DNA of 64,000 nucleotides from Eledone cirrhosa (lineage: Eukaryota): assembly GCA_964016885.1 (NCBI GenBank), contig OZ024742.1:147436001-147500000 (forward strand), written 5' to 3'. Positions 40,297 to 52,868 of the stretch are shown here, piece by piece. Position numbers and translations under genes: made by a program. Under the pieces are notes generated by a model. It ran no database searches. It was given only the letters and a program-made list of their open reading frames with translations, and was not told the DNA's origin. Position 1 is the first letter of the stretch, and every line of letters begins with the position of its first letter.

Positions 40297-42594
40297 CTGC
40301 AAATAAAATACGTTATCTTGAATAAATATAAACGTTTAAAGGTGTAAATGGTATCATTTATCATCATCATTTCATTTTTACGTCCGCTTTTTCCCTGCTT
40401 GCAAGGGTGGGACGGGAACTGATTCTGGCTTGATTTCTACAGCTGGATGCCCTTCCTAACACCAACCTCATTTACAGTGAGTGCTGGGTGCTTTTTTGCC
40501 GTGGCACCTCCACGACCACTTTGCAGTGGAATGTTAGGGATCCCAGTCCCTATCATCTCATTTCTACAGCTGAGTAAACTGGAGCAATGTGAAATAAAGT
40601 GTTTTGCTCAAGGAAACAACACATCACCCGGTCTGAGAATTGAACTCACAACTCTTCGATTGCAAGGCCAATGCTCTAACCACTAAGCCATGTGTATATT
40701 TATATTTATATATAATACATATGACAACAGTACTCAATACAAGGACAAAAGGTAGATTTATAAAAAATATAATATATTTTCAAGCATAGAAAATATAGTT
40801 AGCTATTGATTTTGATATGATATCATATTCGTTTATTATTTTACTGGTTTCAGTCATTACATTGTGGCCATGCTGGAGCACTTTCATGAAAGGATTTAGT
40901 CAATTATATTGACTCCATTACTTATTTTCCATATGTAGATGTAAATAGGAATGGAAACTGTAGATGGCCATGGTTCCTGGTTTATGGAGACAATTAAATA
41001 TAATGGAAGACCCCTACCATCTACTGTATGTAATTAACCCATAATGGATTATGAGTTAATTATTTATAATTAGTTATGTCTGAGGATGTGAAAGGTAAAT
41101 CATGAGTTATAAGCCCTAGTATTAGATCTAAATTTGATACCCTAAGTTAACAGTTCTTTAATCTCAGGAGGTAAATGGAGAATAGGTGGTAGTAGCACTT
41201 GTCCTTTACCACAACATAAATTGAATGGAGGATTTCTCTGGAAGTTTTTGAAGAATCTTTCCTGGAGCCATGTTTTAAATGTTCAAAACATTGCTTATCC
41301 ATCTTTCCCATATAATTAATTTTAATTCCATCTTTTATAAACTTCCTGATGTAAAAGAACCATGCAAAAAAAAGGAGGCATGAATTATCACTATAAAATA
41401 ATTATGAATAAATTGGAAGAGTATAATCTGTGGGATTTGAACTCACATCTGCCTTTCCTTTTGATAATTCATTGACTATCATTCATGTATTTTCTCTTTG
41501 TGTTTCAAAACTTTCTCTGACCTTTAGTAATTCTAGATTAATGTTGTCAAATATATAATTGATGACACCACTTTGAAAAAAGAAAATCACAAATTCTGCT
41601 TGCCATCTTCCAATAGTTGAACATTTTTATAGTTTGCTCTATTAATTTGACCTGCTTGTGTGTGTGTGTGTGTGCAGGCTTCCCCCACTTTAGTTCTCCC
41701 CTCCACTCACATCTTTCACTGTCCAACCCATTCCAGCATGGAAAGACAGATGCACACTTCCCTCACAATTTGCCACCCTGATCCACCCAGATCCCCAGTT
41801 CACTTTCCTCATTCAACCCAAGCCATTTTGGAAAGCCGAGGATGCTCCACAATATACTGCTAGATTTCACTTACTCTCTTTAAGGTCACCCACACGTCTT
41901 GCTGCTTGCTGTCCCACTATTGGATGATTTCCCTCCCCTCAACAAACAAGATGTAGCTCTCCCCCCACCAACTCTTACACACCCACTCCACTGCTTTCTC
42001 AGCCTGGCCTAAGTCACAGCTAGTGCATTAGTGTTGGTGCCATAGTAAAAAGCCCCTAATCCACTCTGCAAGGTGGTAGTGCTGGTGCCACAATAAATAA
42101 CAGCCAGTCCACTTTCCAAGGTAGATAGCTATAGTGCTATGATAAAATGCTTCCAGTATATGCTGTAAAGTGGTTGGCATTGAGAAAAGCGTCCAGTGAT
42201 TGAAACCATGCCAAACATGGAACATATCAGCTATACATGGTCACCTGACTGACCTTACCTCAGATCGGGATAATCTGTCTAATCCATGCAAACATGGAAA
42301 AAAATCATTAAATGGTGATGATAATGATGAAACTTACACACACAGACTCTCACACACACACTCACACATACATACACACACACATATATACACACACAGA
42401 CATGCACACGCATACACACACACATACATACACACACACATATATACACACACAGACATGCACACGCATACACACACACACACACACATATATCCACATT
42501 CTCATCATCATTTTACATGCTTTTTTTTGCTGGCATAGGTTGTATGGGTCATTACAGACTAAGTACTTAATTGGAGCTAATCCTCACATGTTTA

Positions 42595-42630
<36 letters not shown>

Positions 42631-42726
42631 ATACAAATACACACACTCATGTATGCACACTCACATGTGTACATAAAAATATGTATAAATGTACACACAC
42701 ACACATACACACATATATATATATAT

Positions 42727-43136
42727 ATCATCATTGTTTTTACGCTTGTTTTTTCCCACTTGCATGGGTTGGATGGGTCCTTTTCAGCACAGCATTTCTC
42801 CACTTGTCATATTCTTCTCTCATCTCCTCTGTGTGTCTCAGCGATTTAAGATCAGCTCTTACCATCTCTGCCCAGGTCTTCCTTGGTCTACCTCTACTGT
42901 AGCTTCCTTCCACTAGGATTTCCTGGCACTTCTTCACCCAGCGATCATCATCCATGCACATCATATGTCCGTACAAACGCAGTTTTCTCTCATGCACACC
43001 ACTTCAAACTCTTCTTAAACCCAGTTTCTCCCTTCGTTCATCAAAGCTTTGCTTTTCTTTCACATTTTCTTTGCACATCCAACGAAGCATGATTGCTTCA
43101 TTTCTCTCCAGCCTATACATGTCTTCTGCTGTCGGG
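42727..43136 (-). mobile_element. RTE LINE 3' fragment, short-UTR subfamily (related copies near 2995-3300 and 5150-5530 on +)
   Basis: ERKLRLYGHMM...RGRPRKTWAEMVRADLK. Confidence 0.75.
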
Positions 43137-43675
43137 GCTAAATTTTAATTCTACTTTCAAGTTGAGCCAACTTACACAGTTCCATATGCAAATGATGCTC
43201 ATCAGCCCATCTAAACAGGTGAAAAAACTATATATTTTCGCCTGTGTCAAGTTCTAGCAGGAAACTAGGAAAAACTAGGCAAGATTTGTTGAAATTCAAA
43301 GAAACATTTACTATACAATACAGTCTCTAACATGTGTTTCAATTCAGTTATGCAATTGCCTGTGAAGACTGGATTATCAAATAATCCATAATCCGTTATC
43401 TTGCACTACATAGTTTAAATCTACATTTCATCAGTACCTTGTTCATATTAAATTACTCCTTGGAACCTATGTACGATATTCAATGATATATTTTGTATCC
43501 AGATATTTATGTTACACAACTCCATCGACCATGTCAAGCACATAAACTGGTAAGCTGTCTCTTCCATTTTTTTGTCGTATATACAATTTGATACATATTT
43601 GATGCATATACAATTTACATAAACAATAATTAACCTACATAAAACGGATACTTCTATTTCATCACACACACATGT

Positions 43676-43707
<32 letters not shown>

Positions 43708-43733
43708 ATATGTATGTATATATATATACATAT

Positions 43734-44319
43734 ATTGTTATACTTTGGGAGGGTCATGTTGCCAATAAGAAACACACACACCTGTTGCTTTCACTTCAAT
43801 TTATTATAATAAATTTATAAATTTAGGAATTTATAAATTTCCGGTTGATTGGTTGGTTCCACAACCAGATGATTGTTTATATATTGTCAAAGTTCTTTCG
43901 TCACACATTCTGTGACCTTTTCAGTGACTGGGGATTCTTTTCTTTGTTTTTGTGCCTCTCCTTTGTTCTGTCCTACACCATCTTGTTTTTGACAAGATGG
44001 CGTAGGACAAGATGGCGTAGGACAAGATGGCGTAGGACAAGATGGCGTAGGACAGAACAAAGGAGAGGCACAAAAACAAAGAAAAGAATCCCCAGTCACT
44101 GAATGTGTGACGAAAGAACTTTGACAATATATAAACAATCATCTGGTTGTGGAACCAACCAACCAACCAGAAATTTATAAATTTATTATAATAAATTGAA
44201 GTGAAAGCAACTGGTGCGTGTGTTTCTTATTGGCAACATGACCCTCCCAAAGTATAACAGTATCTGTTTCAACACACGTTTTCAGATAAAGAATCTTGCT
44301 AAACAAATTCAGAAACAAA

Positions 44320-44320
<1 letters not shown>
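43734..44320. mobile_element. Fold-back element with about 250-bp inverted arms, Penelope pLTR-like, with a degenerate hammerhead core
   Basis: 43734-43985 is reverse-complemented at about 44040-44259; flanked by (TA)n and (TG)n. Confidence 0.65.
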
Positions 44321-44399
<79 letters not shown>

Positions 44400-44505
44400 C
44401 TATTGATGTATGTATTTTATATATACATAAATGTGTATATCTATGTGTATATTGTTTGAAATTCAAAAACTAAAAATTAAAGAATGTATTCTGCTCTCAA
44501 CTTAC

Positions 44506-44547
44506 CTCACAGTTTAAAAAACAGTAAAAAACTGCCACAAAAAGGCC
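44506..44547 (-). CDS. Class B GPCR 42-bp TM7 exon (GLFVAVFYCFLNCE)
   Basis: ttcag|...|gtaagt; classic 14-aa GxxVxxxYCFxNxE exon of secretin-family receptors. Confidence 0.95.
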
Positions 44548-46159
44548 CTGAAAGAGGAAACAGGAAAAAGTCATCAATTTAAACGGAAATAAAGTAATGT
44601 TAACTAGAGTGTTCTTCATTGTATGATTTTATTTTGTAAACTATGAGAATGGCATGAATTGGACCTCCGTTGGTTTAAATGATGTTCCAGTTGTTCAATC
44701 AATGAGGCAGCCTGCTCAGTGAATTAATATTCATGTGGCTGAGCAATACACAAACATATGTATCCTACATGTGATACTCAGGGATATCTAGTATGATTAT
44801 AGTGTGTGACAAGGCTGGCCCTTTGTATTATGAGTACAGTCCATCTTATATTATGCAGTGGATTGGCAGAATCGGTAGAGCGTCAGACAACATGCTTAGC
44901 GACACAGAGTTATGGCCCTTTACGCGCTGAGTTCAAAACCTTCCAACATTTCTTTGCCTTTCATCCTTACAGGGTTGATAAAATAAAGTACCAGTACCAG
45001 TAATGCACTGGGGGCGATTTAATTGACTTTCCCTCCTCCCAAAATTGTTGGCCTTATGCCTAAATCAGAAACCATTATTGTGTAAACAGCTGAATGTTCT
45101 GCAGACACATGTACCCATAATGTAATAATACTCAGGGAGATTCAGTGTGATTATAGTGTGTGACAAGTATAGTTCATCTTGTATTATTCTGTATCGGCAG
45201 AGGGTCAGACTCCATGCTTTGCAGCAAAGAGTTACGGCCTTTTATGGTCTGAGTTCAAATTCCGCCGAGGTTAACTTTGCCTTTTATCCTTACGGGGTAG
45301 ATAAAATAAAGCACCAGTAATACACTGGGATAATTGCTGGCCTTGTGCCAAAAGTAAAAACAATTATTGTGTAAATGGCTGACTGTTGTACACACACATG
45401 TACCCTGATTGTAATGCTCAGTGAGATTCAGTGTCATTATTGTGTGCAATAAGGCTGACCCTTTAAATTAGTGGTACAGTCCATCTTGTATTATAGTTTA
45501 AGTGGCGGTGGATTGGCAGTATCAGTAGAGGGTCGGACGCCATGTTTTGTAGCAAAGAGTTATGGCCCTTTACGGTATGAGTTCAAATCCTGCCGAGGTT
45601 AACTTTGCCTTTCATCCTTACGGGGATCGATAAAATAAAGTACCAGTAATACACTGGGGTATTTGCTGGCCTTGTGCCAAAATTAGAAACAATTATAGTT
45701 TAAGTGGCTAAGTATTCCACAAACATGAGTAAAGTAATTCTCAAGGAGATTCAGTATGACATAGTGAGTGACAAGGCTGGCTTATTCAATTACAGATCTA
45801 GTTCATATTATATTATATATTTAATATAATAAAATAGGATGGTGAATCGGCAGTATCGGTAGAGGGTCGGACGCCATGCTTTCCAGCATAGTTACATCCC
45901 TTTACGATCTGAGTTCAAATCCCACCAAAATTAACTTTGCCTTTCATCCTTACGGGGTCAATAAAATAAAGTACCAGTAATGTACTGGGTAATTGCTGGC
46001 CTTGTGCCAAAAGTAGAAACAATTATTTTATATATTTAATATAATCATTGGCAACACAGTTTTTATAGTCATTGTTTTATATTTGAATTCCAGAAGAATA
46101 TTTAATTCCTGTGAAGGTACTGTTCTTTCTGTTATTTTACACATCCTTATGATCATCTC

Positions 46160-46163
46160 CGCT

Positions 46164-46209
<46 letters not shown>

Positions 46210-46253
46210 CCACAACCACCACCAACAACAGCAACAGCAACGGTTTAACTCCC

Positions 46254-46291
<38 letters not shown>

Positions 46292-46430
46292 ATCATCATC
46301 ATCATCATCATCACAACCACCACCATCACCAACAACAGCAGCAGCAAGAGCTTAACCCCCCCCCATCCACCACCACCACCACCACTAACAACAACAACAG
46401 CAGTAGCAGCATAACTACCACCACCCACTA

Positions 46431-46462
<32 letters not shown>

Positions 46463-46715
46463 ACATCATCATCACCACCATCATCATCACCATCACCATC
46501 ACCATCATCATCTTTATGTCCACCTTTCCATGCTTGCATGAGATGGATGGGTCATTTCAAGCAGTTTCCCTCCACTTGTGTTATTTTGTCATCTCCTAAT
46601 CATCATCAGCACAACTACCACTACCACCATCACCACCACCACCACCACCAACACCATCATCATCACCACCACGCCCACCACCATCATCATTTTCATCACC
46701 ACCACCACCACCACC

Positions 46716-46747
<32 letters not shown>

Positions 46748-46775
46748 CAGCAGCAGCAGCAGCAGCAGCAGCATA
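46160..46775. repeat. Mosaic trinucleotide microsatellite (CAT/CAC/CAA/CAG/TAC)
   Basis: Direct inspection. Confidence 0.9.
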
Positions 46776-47094
46776 ACCCATCGTGAGATTCAGTATTTTG
46801 AGTTTAACCCTCATCAGCTCAGGTTTTCCTTGCTCTTGCTCTACCACATCTTACTTACACTTGGATCTCATGGCACTTCAACTATCATCATCTATATAAA
46901 TCACATACAGCTACCAGTGTAATCTTCTCTCTTACATACTACATCTGATCCCTCTTTATGCCTAGTTTATCCTTCAACTCATCCATGCCATGTTGTTCAT
47001 GTACACTAACATTACATATCCAATGGAAGGGGCTCAATTTATTTCTCTCCAGTCTTCTTATATTTTCAGTAAATACACAAAAATATAGACATAC

Positions 47095-47230
47095 CTGAAA
47101 AGATTGTAGTATGGTATCTGTATAGATTAAGATCACTGCAGATATGGAAGCCTCACTTGGTTGAAATATAAACATTACGTAAGTTATACCCAACAGAGGG
47201 AGAAGAACCAAGGCACCCTTGACAGCTTTT
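47095..47230 (-). CDS. Class B GPCR exon, TM6-ECL3-TM7 (KAVKGALVLLPLLGITYVMFIFQPSEASISAVILIYTDTILQSFQ)
   Basis: ttcag|...|gtatgt, 136 bp; PLLG and SFQ motifs, closest from memory to CRF receptor KAVKATLVLLPLLGITY. Confidence 0.95.
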
Positions 47231-48027
47231 CTGAAATTAAAGAAAACATGTATATATACACAAATTTATATACATATCATCATCATCATCATTTGACTTC
47301 CATTTTCTCCGCTAGCAAGAGTTGGACAGGTCTTCATAGACCAAGTCAGTACTGAAGCAGAGCTACTGACCTCCCAGACAGGCCAGGAGGTCTGAATCTC
47401 ACTTACGTATGGTTTCACATTCTACCGAGTGCACAGGGGAGGTTGTCATGTCTTTGATACAACTGAAGGGTCCTCCCAAGGATATGTTTGGCAAGCTTTC
47501 TATGGCTGGATGCCGTTCCTATCACCAACCACTTTACAGTGTGTACTGGGTGCATTTTCATGGCACCAATGTCTGAGAGGTTGTTGGTCTTTGTTCCAAT
47601 GGAAGAGCCCTCTTTATTGGGAGTTGGGTTGGAAGGATAAAAGGGAGATAATTTTGAAGTTGTGGCAAGTGTGGTGTAATTTGACAGGGTGATGATTAGG
47701 GAAACGAAACAGGTGACTTTTGATAGCACAGAGGGAGAGGAGATGTGGTGGTAAGAATACTGAAGTGGAAATAGGGGTGACTGGTTTGGTCAATAATGCA
47801 GGGTAGGTGGTGAGGGATGGCACTCACCATGCTTGGAAGGGGAGTTGTAGAAATGGAGAGAATAGCTAAGAAATCCATCAGGGTGTTTCCCAACATGCCC
47901 ATTGTAGTTGCCAGCTGCAACAATAATATCACTGTCATTTGTCATTGAAGTAGTCTGTAATCTTCATAGAAATGGTCTTTCTGCTCATCTCCAAATCCAG
48001 CTGTAACGATGAAAGAATGGTATTTAA

Positions 48028-49450
48028 CTAATGTATTGTTACATGATGGGGCCCACCCACAGCCCCGGCAGACAGAATAGAGAAGGCGTTTCCCCGGAGG
48101 ACGGCAAGGGAGACGCGCTGGAAAAGCCACTCCAACTCGCGGGGCTCACACCTGCGGCTGGCCAGCTCAGCGCCTATAGTGGTGAGTAGGGAAGTAGCCC
48201 TGGGGCCAAGGACACCAGAAGTTTCCACTGCCAGGGGAACGACCGCAAACCTGTTGGAGAGCGACCGGTATTCGAGGAGTTTCGCCTCCTCAGCCCGACG
48301 TGCAGCAGAATCTGGGTCAGTCGCAGACTGCACCAGGTTGCGGCTGCAGAAAGTGTTGGTGCAAGTGGCATCCCAGACGAGGGGTTTGCCACCGCGGAAC
48401 GGAAAGATGGTCATGCCATCTGGCCTTTTGCCGTCTCCTCGATCCAGCCCCACCGGCTCGAGCTGGGAAGGGAAGCCTGCAGCGTCCAAGCCATGCTTAA
48501 TGACCTCGTTGAGGGCAGTATGGCGTGGAATGCAGCCGGCACTGTGGTGACAGGAAAGCGGGTGGAGGCCGAAAGAGCCCACAGTGGAACCGCAGCGACA
48601 TTGGTGTGGCTGGCAGATCCGGAGGCCGAGCCTCAGGGAAACGCTGATTCTCAGGCTATGGTTGTTTAGCTGCGTGCCAGTGGAGAAGGAGGGCAGAGCA
48701 TGGAGCCAGGCACCACTGTGGCGTTTGGAGACCGCACAAAAACAAGCAAGGCGGTGCTGGTCGAGCTGGCACGTGAGCCTGTCTGAGGCCAGGCTGCACT
48801 GGATGGCATCCCAAGTGCGTTGGGGGGGACTTTACGTCAACAGGGGAAGAAGGAGGAGGGACGTCTACTGGGCAAAGTCCCAGCTGGTCCCACGTCTCAC
48901 AGGCGGCCTCACGTTCTCTGAACACAGAGGGTTCTGTTGTGTTTTAAAGAACCCTGCTGATGAGGACGCGGCACGAGGTTACCGACGAAAGATATGCCAG
49001 CAAAGCTAGTGAGATCGGGGACCGGAGGCCTAGGCCACCATACCTGACCGGTAAAGTGGCCTGTTGCCACCCTATGTCGTCAAACTTGACGTTGCATATC
49101 CCTTCGGCTGCTGCTCGGATACAAGTATCGAGGTCAGCGAGGAGAGATGACTGGGTGTAGCATGGAATGTTGCGGAGTGTATAAAGGAGCTTCAGCATGG
49201 CGAAGCAGTTCCTCAGCAGGGGGTCACCTGAACCTGGCGGAGAATGGACCGCACGTCGAAGACGGAGGCTGCAAAGCTCACAGCATCGAGGCTGATGTTC
49301 ACCACCTCTAACTTGGCCGAGTTGACCTGGAAGCTGATTCCCACCAGGGCAGGAATCACCAATTGAAGGTCTTCGCAGACTGTCTGTACAGGCCCGCCCA
49401 ACGTAGCATCATCCAGATACCAAACGTTGAGAGGGGCTGTGATACTCCGG
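48028..49450 (-). mobile_element. 5'-truncated CRE-clade retrotransposon, second family
   Basis: WYLDD RT motif near 49400-49420; CxC...HPLSC...RH zinc knuckle, DGKRPDG...WDATC...VETSG...LFQRVSLAVLRGNA endonuclease domain. Confidence 0.88.
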
Positions 49451-49519
49451 TCTAAGTTTAATTACTCTATCATTCACTCTGACCACCTCAATTACCTGGT
49501 CTACCCATCTCTTAGCTAG

Positions 49520-49740
49520 GAGATACCTACCTCACCCACCCATTATTGCTACCTACCCAGAAGAATCTGTACCAGTGTTCCTTTCCTGTGATGAATTTGG
49601 CCGAAGTACCCCTCCAGCTCACTTCTTGCACACAGTACACATCTACTCCTCTCCTCTCTAACATCTCCACAATCTCACCACACTTACCTTTCATTGTTTT
49701 GACATTTATTGTGGCAAATCTGAGATTCTGCACTTGATGG
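49520..49740 (-). mobile_element. RTE apurinic endonuclease N-terminal fragment
   Basis: LRFATINVKTM...RGVDVYCVQEVSWRG is an APE motif I/II. Confidence 0.75.
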
Positions 49741-50349
49741 GAATGGGGCTGCATGCATGTCTTTCTCTTTCCCTGGGCTTTATTTGATGATAATCGGGGG
49801 ATTCACATGCATGTTAGGTTCTTTTGTATATCATTTTGTTTTGTATTTTCACTCAGATGTTTGTACTAACCACCAGTACCAGTGCCAGCTGAAACGACAA
49901 CCAGTCACTAGATTCATTGTAACCTACATAGGCCACCCATAGATCCCAGAAATCTCCAGGACAGTATTTATTATAATAGAAAAGGAGGTGAGGGGTCAGT
50001 AGTGTAGCAGCCCCCATTCACCCAGTTGTCAATGCAAGTTGTGCTGGTGGGAGTGAAAGGGTGGGAAATGGCATTCAGGAAACTCTACACTATAAAGTTC
50101 ACACTTTTACAAAATAATCATCTATGCAATAATATGATTAAAAGGAGAGAAATAAGTTTTAGATTTTGAATCTATGTTAGATCTAGGAAATAAGATTACA
50201 TTATGTTAACAGGAGAGAAGAGGATTTAGGTTTAAATCTATAGTAAACTACATACTGTGAGTGGCTGGCTAGATGACTGGCTGGCTGGTAATTTTACATG
50301 ACTCCACAATAGTTTAAACTCTGAATTGTTTATGTAGCTACCCCACCCC

Positions 50350-50384
<35 letters not shown>

Positions 50385-50385
<1 letters not shown>

Positions 50386-51098
50386 GTAATAGTAATATAC
50401 GTGAACGGCAAAGCATAAACGAACTAAGGAAAAAATTAGAAATAAGAGGGATCAGATGTTGTTTACTCGAGAGAAGGCTACGTTGGTATGGTCACGTGAT
50501 GAGCATGAAAGTCGATAGCTGTATAACAAAGTGCAGGGCAATAAAGATAGACGGTAGCCACGGAATAGGCAGACCCAGAAAAATCTGGGACGAGCTGATA
50601 AATTCTGACCTCACACACTTACACCTCTCCAAGACAATGTCACTGGACCGAGACCTTTGGCGGTACTCAGTAATAGAGAAGACCCGCCTTACCTAAATAC
50701 AAAGTAAAACCTACTACAGTCAGTAGGCATCTCTAACAAAATACACCCCCGTCCCACCACCCCCACCCCATCCACACCGCCCCCTTTCAATGTAAAGTTA
50801 TGTTGGTGCTACAACATCCAGGCCGAAACAAATGAGATCGTGTAGGTGTCACGACAAAAAAACACACAGTCCATGCTGTAATGTGGCCGTGTAGGCAACA
50901 CGGTAAAAACCTCCCAGCCCCACACTGTAAATGTGGTTGGTGTTAGGAAGGGCATCCAACTGTAGAAAACCCGCCAGACAGTCCTATGCGAGCAAGACAA
51001 TCACTCTTGCCTCAAGTGGGAAAACCCCCGTCCAAACCCATGCAAGCGTGGAACACGGACATTAAACGTTGTTGATGATGATGATGATGATGATGATG
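50385..51098 (+). mobile_element. RTE LINE 3' end
   Basis: RRLRWYGHV...GRPRKIW plus 3' UTR ending in (GAT)n. Confidence 0.87.
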
Positions 51099-51313
51099 AT
51101 ATATATATATATATATAATTGTTTCTACTTTAGGCACAAGGCCAGCAATTACCCAGTGCATTACTGGTACTTTATTTTATCGACCCCGTAAGGATGAAAG
51201 GCAAAGTTAGCCTCGGCAGGATTTGAACTCAGTATGGCAAGGGCCGTAACTCTATGCGTCAAAGCATGGCGTCCGACCCCCTACCGATACTGCCAATTCA
51301 CCGCCCTATATAT

Positions 51314-51378
<65 letters not shown>

Positions 51379-51381
<3 letters not shown>

Positions 51382-51892
51382 CACTTTTGAATTTGTTTTG
51401 CGAGATTTCTTATCTGGAAACGTGTGTTGAAACAGATATTGTTATGCTTTGGGAGGGTCATGTTGCCAATAAAAACACACACACTGTTGGTTTTCACTTC
51501 AGTTTATTATAAATTTCTGGTTGGTTGGTTGGTTTGATAACCAGATGGTTATTTATATATTGTCAAAGCTCTTTTGTCATGCATTCTGTGACCTCCTCAG
51601 TGACTAGGTTTTTATTTTGTGTCTCTCCTTTGTTCTGTCCTACACCATCTTGTTTTTGTGTGTTGTGTGCTTAGTTTGCACATGTGTTAAATCCAGGTGT
51701 GTGTGTGTGTGTGTTTATTTATTTATGTGTTTATTTACTTGTCATTAGTTGGTTGTTTGTTCTATCAGTGTGTCTGATTTGTTTTGTTAGTTTGATTTTT
51801 GTGTGAAACCAGAAATTTATAATAAACTGAAGTGAAAACCAACAGGTGCATGTGTTTTTATTGGCAGGATGACCCTCCCAAAGTATAACAAT
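51379..51892. mobile_element. Second copy of the same fold-back family with a partial inverted arm
   Basis: 51437-51657 matches 43734-43990; 51808-51892 is an inverted copy of the arm; embedded in (TA)n. Confidence 0.65.
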
Positions 51893-52266
51893 ATATATAT
51901 ATGTATATAGGAGGGTGTTGTAACTGCTTCCTAAACATACCTACTTTTCAGATTCCCTAATATTTCAAGCTCTACAACACCATCTCATTCTTACACCTAA
52001 GCCTGTGCTAGTTTGCAAATGTCAAGGGACTTTACAGAATATCAGAGAAATGGGTCTGAGCTGGTTGCCAAATTAACTTTCTTAAACACTGTCTGAAAAA
52101 CCACACAGTTTCCAACACAATCAAAAACATCCACCTTCCTGGGTTCCTTCATTCACAAGTTTCAGAAACACCACTAACCAATTCCCTTCTGACTTTGTTG
52201 CTTTGTTGCCTTGGTATTTCAAACCCACCTGCATTGTAACAGCTTCCTAAACACATCCACTTTTCA

Positions 52267-52406
<140 letters not shown>

Positions 52407-52415
52407 CTTTTACAT

Positions 52416-52461
<46 letters not shown>

Positions 52462-52473
52462 TATATACTCCAG

Positions 52474-52857
52474 CCAGTAGGCATCTCTAACAAAATACAC
52501 CCCGTCCCACCACCACCACCCCCACCCCATCCACACCACCCCGTTCTATGTAAAGTTATGTTGGTGCCGCGCCATCGAGGCCGAAACAAATGAGATCGTG
52601 TAGGTGTCACGACAAAAAAACACACAGTCCACGCTGTAATGTGGCCATGTAGGCAACACGGTAAAAACCTCCCAGACCCACACTGTAAATGTGGTTGGTG
52701 TTTGGAAGGGCATCCAACTGTAGAAAACCTGCCAGACAGTCCTATGCGAGCAAGACAATCACTCTTGCCTCAAGTGGGACTACCCCCCGTCCAAACCCAT
52801 ACAAGCGTGGAACACGGACGTTAAACGTTGATGATGATGATGATGATGATGATGATA
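52474..52857 (+). mobile_element. RTE 3'-UTR-only copy, nearly identical to 50720-51098
   Basis: Direct sequence comparison; (GAT)n tail. Confidence 0.8.
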
Positions 52858-52868
52858 TATTATATATA

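Noticed and set aside
46028-46922. Poly-His, poly-Gln, poly-Thr and poly-Asp ORFs
   Set aside because: Trinucleotide microsatellite mosaic, open in many frames on both strands, inside a GPCR intron and containing an RTE tail fragment
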